DNA of 56,057 bases, the filler included, from Jimgerdemannia flammicorona (lineage: Eukaryota), in assembly GCA_003990765.1 (NCBI GenBank). It is 2 parts of 2 records of this genome, joined end to end, with 100 filler letters (N's around TTAATTAATTAA, not from the genome) between each part and the next. Parts side by side here need not be neighbours in the genome. Positions count along the whole stretch, not along the records: positions 28,085 to 56,057 come from RBNJ01000589.1; 1 more part is not named here. One strand, 5' to 3'. The translations under genes were made by a program, and so were the position numbers. Below are positions 38,002 to 48,637 of this stretch, piece by piece; the first letter of the stretch is position 1, and each line of letters starts with the position of its first letter. The notes beneath the pieces are model-generated. The model had not been told where the DNA came from and made no database searches. It saw nothing but the letters and a program-made list of their open reading frames with translations.

Positions 38002-40068
38002 TGTAAGCGCACAACCTTCAAGCCACTGAAATTACATGTCACTCTCTGAACAAGCCACTGAAATCACACGTGACCTCTGAACAAATCTGGAAATCACCTG
38101 CTTGATCACAAAGCTGAGTCAAACCGAAGTCACAGCGCACAAAGCTGAGTCAATACAAAGTCACGGAACACAAGATTTACACAAATAGAATCTTACTAAT
38201 CAGGACCAAATGCGTATATACCAAGCACCAAGATGCATCGAATCAGAGAACCAAAACAAACAACAACCACAACTTCCAAATACACAAATATGACCACTGA
38301 GATCTACAACCGTATCCATACTGATATTTGGAATGCCATTGTCAACTGAGCCACACCCCCTCTGCCCCTTATGAATATCCATAGCCTGGCACCCCTCTAC
38401 TTTGTGGAAGCCCGATGGAATGCCCTGAATATGCTTAGCGAGGCCCACCGAATCGGACAAATCTCAAGCTACTACCAGATTGGCCGCCTCCTGGAAGACA
38501 TGGTCAAACACCACTATGATACAGACATTACCCAGATATCTCAACACCAGAAGCTCATCGCCCGCAAATATCGAGAACTCTTCTATGAGTACAATACCTT
38601 TATTCCCCGCCTCCGAGTCACTACCAGCGAAATGGTTGCTACCCTGTCCTATGGCCAAATCAATGATATGATACAAGAACTCAACCACAAGTACCTCGAA
38701 TATGTGCAGACCACAGACAGAACCTTCCCACACCCTGATGACCATATCCTCCAAATGCCTCAAGTCAGATACACTATGAAGGACGTCTATGATATAATCC
38801 ACTTCGACGAAGATGAAGCAGAAGACAATGATCCCTCTGATGCTGATATGACCTCTAGCCAAGGATCTCTGCCAACCCTGATCACACCACCAAACTTGCT
38901 AATAAACTTACAACAATTCATATGTAACTGCATATGAGACTTATTGAGACAATGACCACTGGCACAAATACCAACCCATGTTCACCCCCGACTATTTCAA
39001 CTATAATGAAGAGACCAGAGAACACAACCTGTACCTCCAGACAACCCTCGAGATTGAACCAACCACCCCACCACCTGAGTACGAGCAACATGAACCACAG
39101 CTACCAGCTTACTACAATCCTGCAACTCATAGTGCTGTAACCTATAGAAGGTATGCAGACAGTGAATCAGATGAAAGCAAAGACAATACACCCATCCTTT
39201 GCCCACCAACATCTTATCCAGTCTATGAGACAGATGATGCTATCCTGTGGGATGGAGATGAAGTTCCAATGTATTACTACCTTAGCAAACAAGGAGAAGT
39301 AGTCCGCAAACCACTCTTCTTAGATGACTACTTTATCAGAGATGATGTCATTGATGGTGATGTCATCGAAGACTACCCAGATAGCGCCTAAACCCATAAA
39401 TAGCCTAGCAGTCATAGTATAGTTAGATTAGCTTTGTATGATGTGACTGTGAACTAACTCAGCAGTCAGACAATCTCTTGACATGTCAGATCACACTTGT
39501 ACTATGTGACTGCATTCTGACTCAGCAAGACACTTAGTGCTACATCTATATTCAGCATAGTCCAGATAGCCCCTCAATAGTATAAATACCCCCTCCCCCA
39601 GACCTCAGAATCTCAGACTCGAACATACAAGAACATCCCTGAATACTTCCCCACAATATCTCTTCACACAACTACTCCTAGTATAGCAATATCATGAATA
39701 GCAAATAAATCTATTCCATAACCCACAAACCACTCTTAAGTAAATCTGCTCCCTGTTAGGTCCTACTCCTAACTCCATTACAAAATTTCCTAATTGGGTA
39801 TTGTCTGCAGCGATATGCCAATTCAACTAAGCTGGTCTTAGTTTCTTGAACTTTCTGAAATATGGAAAATCCTGAACATCCAGAACTAGTCCAAAGAAAG
39901 GACTTTGGTTGAGACGTCAACCCGAACTAGAAATCAATAAGCATAGAGGATGTACTCCATACGAAATTGATCTTGACCATAAGAAAACAGTCTTCCAGAA
40001 CATCCAGAATATCTAGAAAACCCTTCCAGAACTATATAACAGTTACTCTAAAAAGCAACCCTCTTACA
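38002..40068 (+). repeat. 5' LTR of A2 (2067 bp)
   Basis: Direct repeat of 46575-48637. It is 4 bp longer because of an insertion at ~38921-38925. TATAAATACCCC at 39581. Confidence 0.96.
38290..39391 (+). pseudogene. LTR(U3)-encoded accessory ORF, 5' LTR copy; unknown protein
   Basis: ATG 38290 (MTTEIYNRIHTDIWNAIVN), a CGA>TGA stop at 38347, and a 4-bp insertion frameshift near 38923. It ends ...EDYPDSA*. Confidence 0.8.
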
Positions 40069-40071
40069 ACT

Positions 40072-40083
40072 TGGTAGCAGCGG
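40072..40083 (+). promoter_or_regulatory. Primer binding site, probably initiator tRNA-Met
   Basis: TGGTAGCAGCGG lies 3 nt after the LTR. It is one mismatch from the complement of the common eukaryotic iMet 3' end (TGGTAGCAGAGG). Confidence 0.75.
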
Positions 40084-40189
40084 TTTACAATCCAATTCCG
40101 CTTCAAGATGCTTCCTCACTCCGCTACAAACCCCTCTGCAAATTCCTACAAGTTGGTATAAAGCCCAACCTCTGAACTGGAATTTATCT

Positions 40190-43100
40190 GAACCATCTGA
40201 CAATCTGGAGAGAATTGAACCTGATGTACAAGGACAATTTGACCTCCACACCTGTAACAAGTGGGATAAACTTCATTCAAAAAAAGAAGTACTCCGGTTA
40301 AACTAGCAAATAGGCGAAACTCTATTCACCGAACTCCTTGCACTACACCCAGCAAGTCAAGATGAAGAAGGTCTTATTGAAGCCTTCTTTACTCTTCTCA
40401 ACAAGAGTTTTGTCAGCTCCACAAATCCGAGCGACCTAGGACAACCAGCAGCAGTCTTTCTAGCCTTAGTTCCTCATGAAGCCCAAGCCTCTGTAGTCAA
40501 GTGGCTCAACTCTACTGACTTCCACCATACCAGGACCAAGACCACCTTATACTACCGATTCCAGAACAGCAAGACCCGCCATATCCTCAAAGAAGAAGCA
40601 AGAGAAACCCTTCATCAACTACCTGACCCTGAACCTGAAGCAGGCCCTACTACAGCCCTACCTGAATCTGAAACCAATACTGAACCTGAACTTAACTTTG
40701 AATTAAGTCCATCTGAAATCAGATATACAACTGATTCTGTCTACTTTGATGCCGAGCAAACCCAATTACACAGGGACCAAATCAAAGAGAAGGAGGAGTA
40801 TCTCACTGAATTCGATCCCAGATATACCACTGAAGGAGACGTACTTCCATCAGGACAGAATACACCTACACAGCAACAAACAGCTATCTATCAAGCCCTC
40901 ACTCCAGATCTACAACTACTACTTCAGCAACTTACACAGACCCAAAGAACTCCATCACACTCTACACCAGTACCTCAAGTAGTACCAGTAACACCACTAC
41001 CAGCAGTCCAACCACCTCCAGTAAACAACATGGTGAACCAACAGATCCTAGACCTCATAGCCCAAGTAGCTATAATGGTAGCAACCATTACTGCCTTAGC
41101 TGAACAGACCCGACCTACCAAAAATCTGAGCCTACCTATCTTCAATGGTACTGCACAAGAAGTCCAAAGCTTCATTAGTGTAGTTGACACCAACTTTGAA
41201 GCCAATCAATGGACCAATGAGCGAGTTGCTGACTGCATTCTGACAAACAATCAAGACCACACCCTAGAACAACTCTTTGCTACCACTACAGCCTATGTCT
41301 ACCAAGTTGTTACATTCTTCTGAGGACCTGCCGAAGAATGGTGGTGAACCCTTCCTGAAAAACCCCTCACATGGGATACCCGACCTGCAGTAGTTGCTCA
41401 GAATGCAGCAAACATGCCCCAGGATATAGAGCCCATCCTGCAGCCCCTGGACTCAAATAACTCATAATTGCTCAGTATTGCAGTGAAACCATGATTGCCA
41501 AATCTCGAGTAAAACTCCACAACCTCAAATTCGATGTACATGGCAAAGAAGAATTTGAAACCTTCTGTACAAAACTCAAGTCACTCCTGAACACTGTTGG
41601 CCTAGGATACATTGCCAATGATGAAGCACGAAATGGTACAAGAGCAGACCATTTATTTGATGCCCTGCCTGAATGGCTTACTAGAAAAATCTGAGAACAA
41701 GGCTGCCCAGTTGGTTGTGATCACCAACAATGGTGCCTAGCAAGAATCAAGACCATGGTCAAGCGATTCCTAACAGCTGGACCAATTCTGCCCCAAAGGC
41801 AATTCAACAACAAGGAAAAGAATTGGACCAAGAAAGAAGAACCCAAGCATGAAGCATCTCGAGCTCCCTCCACATCCACCTCTTGGACACCCAGAAATCA
41901 TGAACCCACCCAGCCAAGTATCTTCAAGAAACTTACTGAAGGCGAAAGAAATGAACTTCGAAGAAGCGGAGCATGCTTCTATTGCCGAAAGACAGGACAC
42001 ATGGCCAGTGCCTGCCCCAACTGAAAACCCTGAACAGCAACATGAGCAACTGTGACCACTCTGCACCACCTCAACAACCTGACCACCAGAACACTGGACT
42101 TTGTCAAGTTAAGACAAACTACTAAGGCCCCAACTAAAGGAAGTCAAAAAGCAGCTGGATATGACCTGTATGCAGCCGAAGAAGCTACAGTTTCTAACCA
42201 AGAAGTCAAACAAGTCTATACAGGAATCAGTATCCAAATCCCTGAAGGACATGTTGGAAGAATATGCTGTCACAGCAGCCTAGCACTGAAAGGACTCTCA
42301 GTAGAAGGAGGAGTCATTGACAAAGATTATACAGGCAAAATCATTGTCCTCATTCGAAACCACAGTTGGACACCCTTCAAGATCCCTATTGGCTTCTGCA
42401 TTGCCCAGATCCTATTTGAAAAAATCGAGTCAACCCTGATAGTCAAGGAAGTCCCTGAACTACTGCCCACCATCTGAGGATCTAAAGGATTTGGCTCATC
42501 AAACAAAGCCTCAGCCCAACCTACCATAAGCAAAGAAGAACAATTCTACAAGAAGATCGAAGATGGATATGTACTAAGTGGCCGATGCCCTCATAGTATT
42601 AGAATGTACTCTTCCCGAATGATTGATGATTGCTTCTTTTGTGTCAACGAACTGGCTCAAAGAAGAACCAACAGAAGAAAGGCTCATACAACTGAAATCA
42701 CCACCATTGGATCAGACAAACTGCTCACCCTTAAGGCTTTTGTCAATGGAGCACCTGTCAAGATTATGATAGACAGTAGTGCCTCAGGCAACTTCATCAA
42801 TGAGGAAACAGCCAACAGACTCAAGGTCTTCACCTCCCCAGTACAGCAAACTCAAGCAGTTGCTATAGCTGATGGAACCTCACATGTTATTAGCAAAGAA
42901 GTCCACAATCTACCCTTCCGAATTGGTGACTACCGAGTACATGTTACCCTCCAAATTGTACCACTCCCTGACAATGAAATCATCCTTGGGACTCAATGGT
43001 TAAAATGAGAGAACCCCATGATCAATTGGGTAAACCATTCTCTGACCATCAAGAAAGGACACCACAACTTCAAACTATAAGGTGAAAAGGACCCACTTAC

Positions 43101-46100
43101 CTCTAGTGACTTTGGACCAAAGATCACCCATGTCAACAAGCTATAACTCAAGAAATTGGCCAAGAAATGCCCTCTCTTCGCTATCTCCATCTGACCATCC
43201 AAAGGAGAATCTGAGAACTCTGAAGAAGATTTCTCCAAAGTTGACAGCCATGTCAGACCACTACTCCAGAAATTCCAAGACATATTCCCAAAGAAGCTTC
43301 CGAAAGGCCTACCTCCCAAACAAGCAGTAGACCATGCAATCAAGACTATCCCAGATGCCAAACCAGCCTTCAAGTCAATCTACCACATATCTCCAAGAGA
43401 AATTGATGCACTCAAGAAGGAAATCGACGAACTTCTGGAACAAGGATTCATCAGACCCAGTGTATCACCCTATGGTACACCAGTCCTCTTCATTGTCAAA
43501 AAAGAAGGAGACCTGCGAATGTATATTAACTACCGTGATCTCAATGAGTAAACCATCAAGAACTGTTGTCCACTACTGAGGATTGATGAAATATTCGATA
43601 GGCTCACTAACCCACAATTCATAAGCTCCTTTGACCTGCGAAATGGTTACTGGCAAATTGCCATGAAAGAAGAAAACATCTACAAGACAGCTTTCCGAAC
43701 ATGCTATGGATACTTTGAGTTTCTAGTTATGCCCTTTGGCTTAACTAATGCTCCAGCAACCTTCCAGACACTGATGAATATCATTCTGCATCCATATCTG
43801 GACAAATTCATTGTTGTCTACATTGACGACATCCTAGTCTTCAGCAAAACCCTGGAGGAACATCTTGAACACCTTGAACTAGTACTACTGAAACTCCGAG
43901 AAAACTGACTCTTTGCAAAACTCAGTAAGTGCAAATTTCTTCTGAAAGAAATTCAATTCCTTGGACACATTGTCACTCCAAATGGAATCAAAGTGGACCC
44001 CAGCAAAATCTCTGCAATCAAAGATTGGCCCACACCCAAGAAGCTGAAAGACCTCCAGTCATTCCTGGGATTAGCAAATTATTACAGGCGATTTGTTGCC
44101 AACTTTGCTAAAATTGCTACTGCCCTCACCCAAATGACCAAGTACAGCAAGAAACAAGAACAACCCTGGACCATGAAATAAGAGAAAGACTTCAACAATC
44201 TTGTAACATGGGGACCTGAACAAGATACTGCCTTTCAAGCACTGAAAGATGCCCTGATAACTACTCCAGTACTTCAAGCAGCAAATTCTGCCCTACCATA
44301 TGAAGTCACTACTGATGCCTCTGACCTAGCTCTTGGAGCAGTGCTCATACAAGAAGGACACCTTGTGGCCTATCACTCCTGCAAGTTCAATGATGCCAAA
44401 ATCAACTACGCAACTCATGAGAAGGAAATGCTAGCCATCGTAGACACTCTGATCAAATGGTGACCATACCTAGAAAGAGCACACTTCACAGTATTAACTG
44501 ACCACAAGTCATTAGTCAACATCAAGACACAGGCTACCCTTTCTCGAAAGCAAGCCAGATGGATGAAAGTCCTCACCAACTTTGACTATGAAATCCAGTA
44601 CCACCCTGGCAGGGAAAATATTGTTGCCGATGCCATCTCCAGACCACCAATCGAAGAGGTTATCCAAACTCTGACCTTGGTTACCAACACTATTATGGAA
44701 CAAATTATCACAGTATGTGTTGATGATAAAGAAGCCCAAGCACTCCGAGAAATCCTAAACAGTGATGATGCTGATAAGCATACCCAGTACAACCAATACC
44801 AACTCAAGGACAATACTATCTACTATAAGGACAGACTGTATGTTCTGAACAACCGAGATCTCAGAAGGGAATGTCATGATGCCCCTACAGCTGGACATTT
44901 AGGATTTGATAAATGCCATGAAGTTATCTCCCGAAACATCTATTGGCCCTGTATGGCAGATCAGCTCAAAACCTATATCACTTCCTGTGATGCCTGCCAA
45001 CGAAACAAGTCCTCAACACTAGCAAAACCCAGCTTACTCCACCCTATTCCAGTACCATCCACAAATAGGGAACAAATCTCTATGGACTTCATTGTACAAC
45101 TACCCCAAACCAAGAACGGAAAAGATGCAATTGTTGTCTTTGTGGACTACCTCAGCAAACAAGCCCACTTTGTGCCTATTATCACTACTGCAACAGCACC
45201 AGACATAGCCACACTCTTGTTTGACAACATCTTCCGCTATCATGGTCTTCTTAAGATCATTGTTAGTGACCGAGATCTGAAATTCACCAGCCACTTTTGG
45301 AAAGCCCTCCATGCACACCTTGGAATAAAACTTGCACTATCCACAGCCTTTCATCCAGAAACTGATGACCAAACTGAAAGAATGAACCGAACTCTGGAAC
45401 AAATGTTAAGGAACTATGTTTCCTACAGAAAAGATGACTGGTATGTACACCTCACCGCAGTTGAGTTTGCCTACAACAATAGCAAGCAAGCCTCTCTTGG
45501 AATGACCCCATTCTTTGCCAACACTGGACAAAATCCAAACACCCCGCTGACACTTATCCGAACCATTGAAGAACCCTCTACAGTCGAAGCTGTTGAAGAA
45601 TTCTTACTCCGAATGCGCAATTTAAGCCAGATTGCCATCGAGAATCTATCGCGAGCTCAAGAACAACAATCACAGTATATTAACCAACACCACCGAGAAG
45701 AAACTTTTGATATTGGAGAAAAAGTTCTACTGGACATCAGAGGATACCGAGTTGACAACCTCAAGCACAGACTATCTACGAAGCTGAACAGCAAGTTCAT
45801 TGGACCATTTGAAGTCATTGCACAAGTCTCTCCAACCTCCTACAAACTGGTGCTACTGGACACCATTAAGATTCACCCAGTCTTTAATGTTCAATGTCTC
45901 AAGTGATACAATGACAATGATGACGAGCTATTTCCAAATCGGACCACCAAACCACCTGCACCTGTCATTATTAATGACCAAGAAGAGTATGAAGTTGAAC
46001 AAATCCTCAACAAATGTGGCAACAAGAACCATCCTGAGTACCTTATCAAATGGAAAGATTACCCAATCCACAATACAACCTGGGAACCCAAGACCAATCT

Positions 46101-46150
46101 CCAGAATGCTACTGACCTAGTTCAGGAATATGATTCCTTGAACAACTAGA
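40190..46150 (+). pseudogene. Single gag-pol frame: Gag (CCHC) - dUTPase - CPH/CxxC motif - protease - RT - RNase H - integrase - chromodomain
   Basis: CFYCRKTGHMASAC ~41973; AGYDL, EGGVIDKDYTG and GFGSS at 42090-42500; IDSSASGNFI 42770; VYIDDIL 43816; IN HHCC and DDE at 44870-45400; YEVEQIL...YLIKWKDY ~45988. ORF pieces from 41491 to 45906 share one frame. There is a 1-bp loss near 41413. Confidence 0.93.
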
Positions 46151-46560
46151 ACCAAATACTCTGCACCTATCCATACATACTATATATTACCCTCCTGAAC
46201 ATTGTAACTATCAAGAACCAAGTCAAGAACTCAGCAAAACAAGACAAGAATACCAACCCTCTGGAAAAATAGCAAAACTGGAAGCAAGTCTATTCTCCCC
46301 ATACCACTGGTGGGAAACAAGGTGTAGACATTTAAGAAGATTCCTCAGAGGAAATTCTCCAGCAGTGAATGACGTCAGAATCACTTCTGGCACACAGTAT
46401 TGAACACATGACCCTTTAACATGTGAATCCAATGTGTTAGGCAACTGTACTACAAGCATGCCACTTCCTGAGAAAATGGACCTTACCAGACTTTTGATCT
46501 CCCAAACGGTATAACAATACTAGAACAAATTAGAAGGCCCTGACGAGAATGTCAAAAGCT

Positions 46561-46573
46561 AAGAAGGGGAGAG
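46561..46573 (+). promoter_or_regulatory. Polypurine tract
   Basis: AAGAAGGGGAGAG immediately before the 3' LTR; identical in A1 and A3. Confidence 0.92.
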
Positions 46574-46574
46574 T

Positions 46575-48637
46575 TGTAAGCACACAACCTCCAAGCCACT
46601 GAAATTACATATCACCCTCTGAACAAGCCACTGAAATCACACACGACCTCTGAACAAATCTGGAAATCACCTGCTTGATCATAAAGCTGAGTTAAACCGA
46701 AGTTACAGCGCACAAAGCTGAGTCAATACGAAGTCACAGAATACAAGATTTATACAAACGGAATCTTACCAATCAGGACCAAATGCATATATACCGAGCA
46801 CCAAGATGTATTGAATCAGAGAACCAAAACAAACAACAACCACAACTTCCAAATACACAAATATGACCACTGAGATCTACAACTGTATCCGTGCTGACAT
46901 TTGGAATGCTATTGTCAACCGAGCCACACCCCCTCTGCCCCTCATGAATATCCATAGCCTGGCACCCCTCTACTTTATGGAAGCCCGATGGAATGCCCTG
47001 AACATACTTAGCGAGGCCTACTGAATCAGACAAATCTCAAGCTACTACCAGATTGGCCGCCTCCTGGAAGACATAGTCGAACACCACCATGATACAGACA
47101 TTACCCAGATGTCTCAACACCAGAAGCTCATTGCCCGCAAATATCGAGAACTCTTCTATGAGTACAATACCTTTATTCCCCGCCTCCGAGTCACTACTAG
47201 CGAAATGGTTGCTACCCTGTCCTATGGCCAAATCGATGATATGATACAAAAACTCAACCACAAGTACCTCGAATACGTACAGACCACAGACAGAACCTTT
47301 CCGCACCCTGATGACCATATCCTCCAAATGCCTCTAGTCGGATACACCATGAAGGACATCTACGATATAATCCACTTCGATGAAGATGAAGCAGAAGATA
47401 ATGATCCCTCTGACACCGATATGACCTCTAACCAAGGATCTCTACCAACCCTGATCACACCGCCAAACTTGCCAATAAACTTGCAATAGTTCATAACTAC
47501 ATACGAGACTTATTGGGACAATGACCACTGGCATGAATACTAACCTGCATTCACCTCTGACTATTTCAACTATAATGAAGAGACCGGAGAACACAACCTG
47601 TACCTTCAGACAACCCTCGAGATTGAACCAACCACCCCACCACCTGAGTACGAGCGACATGAACCACAGCTGCCAGCTTACTACAATCCTGCAACTCATA
47701 GTGCTGTAATCTATAGAAGGTATGCAGACAGTGAATCGGACGAAAGCGAAGACAATACACCCATCCTTTGCCCACCAACACCTTATCCAGCCTATGAGAC
47801 AGACGATGCTATCCTGTGGGATGGAGACGAAGTTCCAATGTATTACTATCTCAGTGAACAAGGAGAAGTAATCCGCAAACTACTCTTCTTAGATGACTAC
47901 TTTATCAGAGATGATGTCATTGATGGTGATGTCATCGAAGACTACCCAGACAGCGCCTAAACCCATAAATAGCCTAGCAGTCATAGTATAGTTAGATTAG
48001 CTTTGTACAACGTGACTGTAAACTGACTCAGCAGTTAGACGATCTCTTGACATGTCAGATCACACTTATACTACATGACTGCATTCTGACTCAGCAAGGT
48101 ACTTAGTGCTATATCCATATTCAACATAGTCCAGATAGCCCCTCACTAGTATAAATACCCCCTCCCCCAGACCTCAGAATCTCAGACTCGAATATACAAG
48201 AACATCCCTGAATACTTCCTCACAATATCCCTTCACACAACTACTCCTAGTATAGCAATATCATGAATAGCAAATAAACCTATTCCATAACCCACAAACT
48301 ACTCTTAAGTAAATCCACTCTCTGTTAGGTCCTACTCCTAACCCCATTACGAAATTTCCTAATTGGGTATTGTCTGCAGTGATATGCCAATTCAACTAAG
48401 CTGGTCTTAGTTTCTTGAACTTCCTGAAATATGGAAAATCCTGAACATCCAGAACTAGTCCAAAGAAAGGACTTTGGTTGAGACATCAACCCAAACTAGA
48501 AATCAATAAGCGTAGAGGACGTACTCCATATGAAATTGATCTTGACCATAAGAAAACAGTCTTCCAGAACATCCAGAATATCTAGAAAATCCTTCCAGAA
48601 CTACATAATGGTTACCCTAAAAAGCAACCCTCTTACA
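46575..48637 (+). repeat. 3' LTR of A2 (2063 bp)
   Basis: TGTAAG...CTTACA, followed by the TSD ATTGC. Confidence 0.96.
46863..47960 (+). pseudogene. LTR(U3)-encoded accessory ORF, 3' LTR copy, 365 aa when repaired
   Basis: 1098 nt from ATG to TAA with no frameshift. Three stops (47022, 47487, 47541) are sense codons in the 5' LTR copy. Confidence 0.82.

Larger units (their letters stand above)
38002..48637 (+). mobile_element. Full-length Ty3/Gypsy chromovirus (lineage A copy A2), 10636 bp
   Basis: TGTAAG...CTTACA LTR ends; TSD ATTGC at 37997-38001 and 48638-48642; PBS, PPT and the complete domain order are present. Confidence 0.97.

Noticed and set aside
38290..39391. The LTR ORF as an env gene
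   Set aside because: No signal peptide, transmembrane segment or furin-type site is visible. It lies inside U3, not between pol and the PPT.
40190..46150. TGA/TAG readthrough or an alternative genetic code to explain the many in-frame stops
   Set aside because: Many stops differ between copies and map to CGA/CAA/CAG/TGG in sister copies. The host genes use the standard code.
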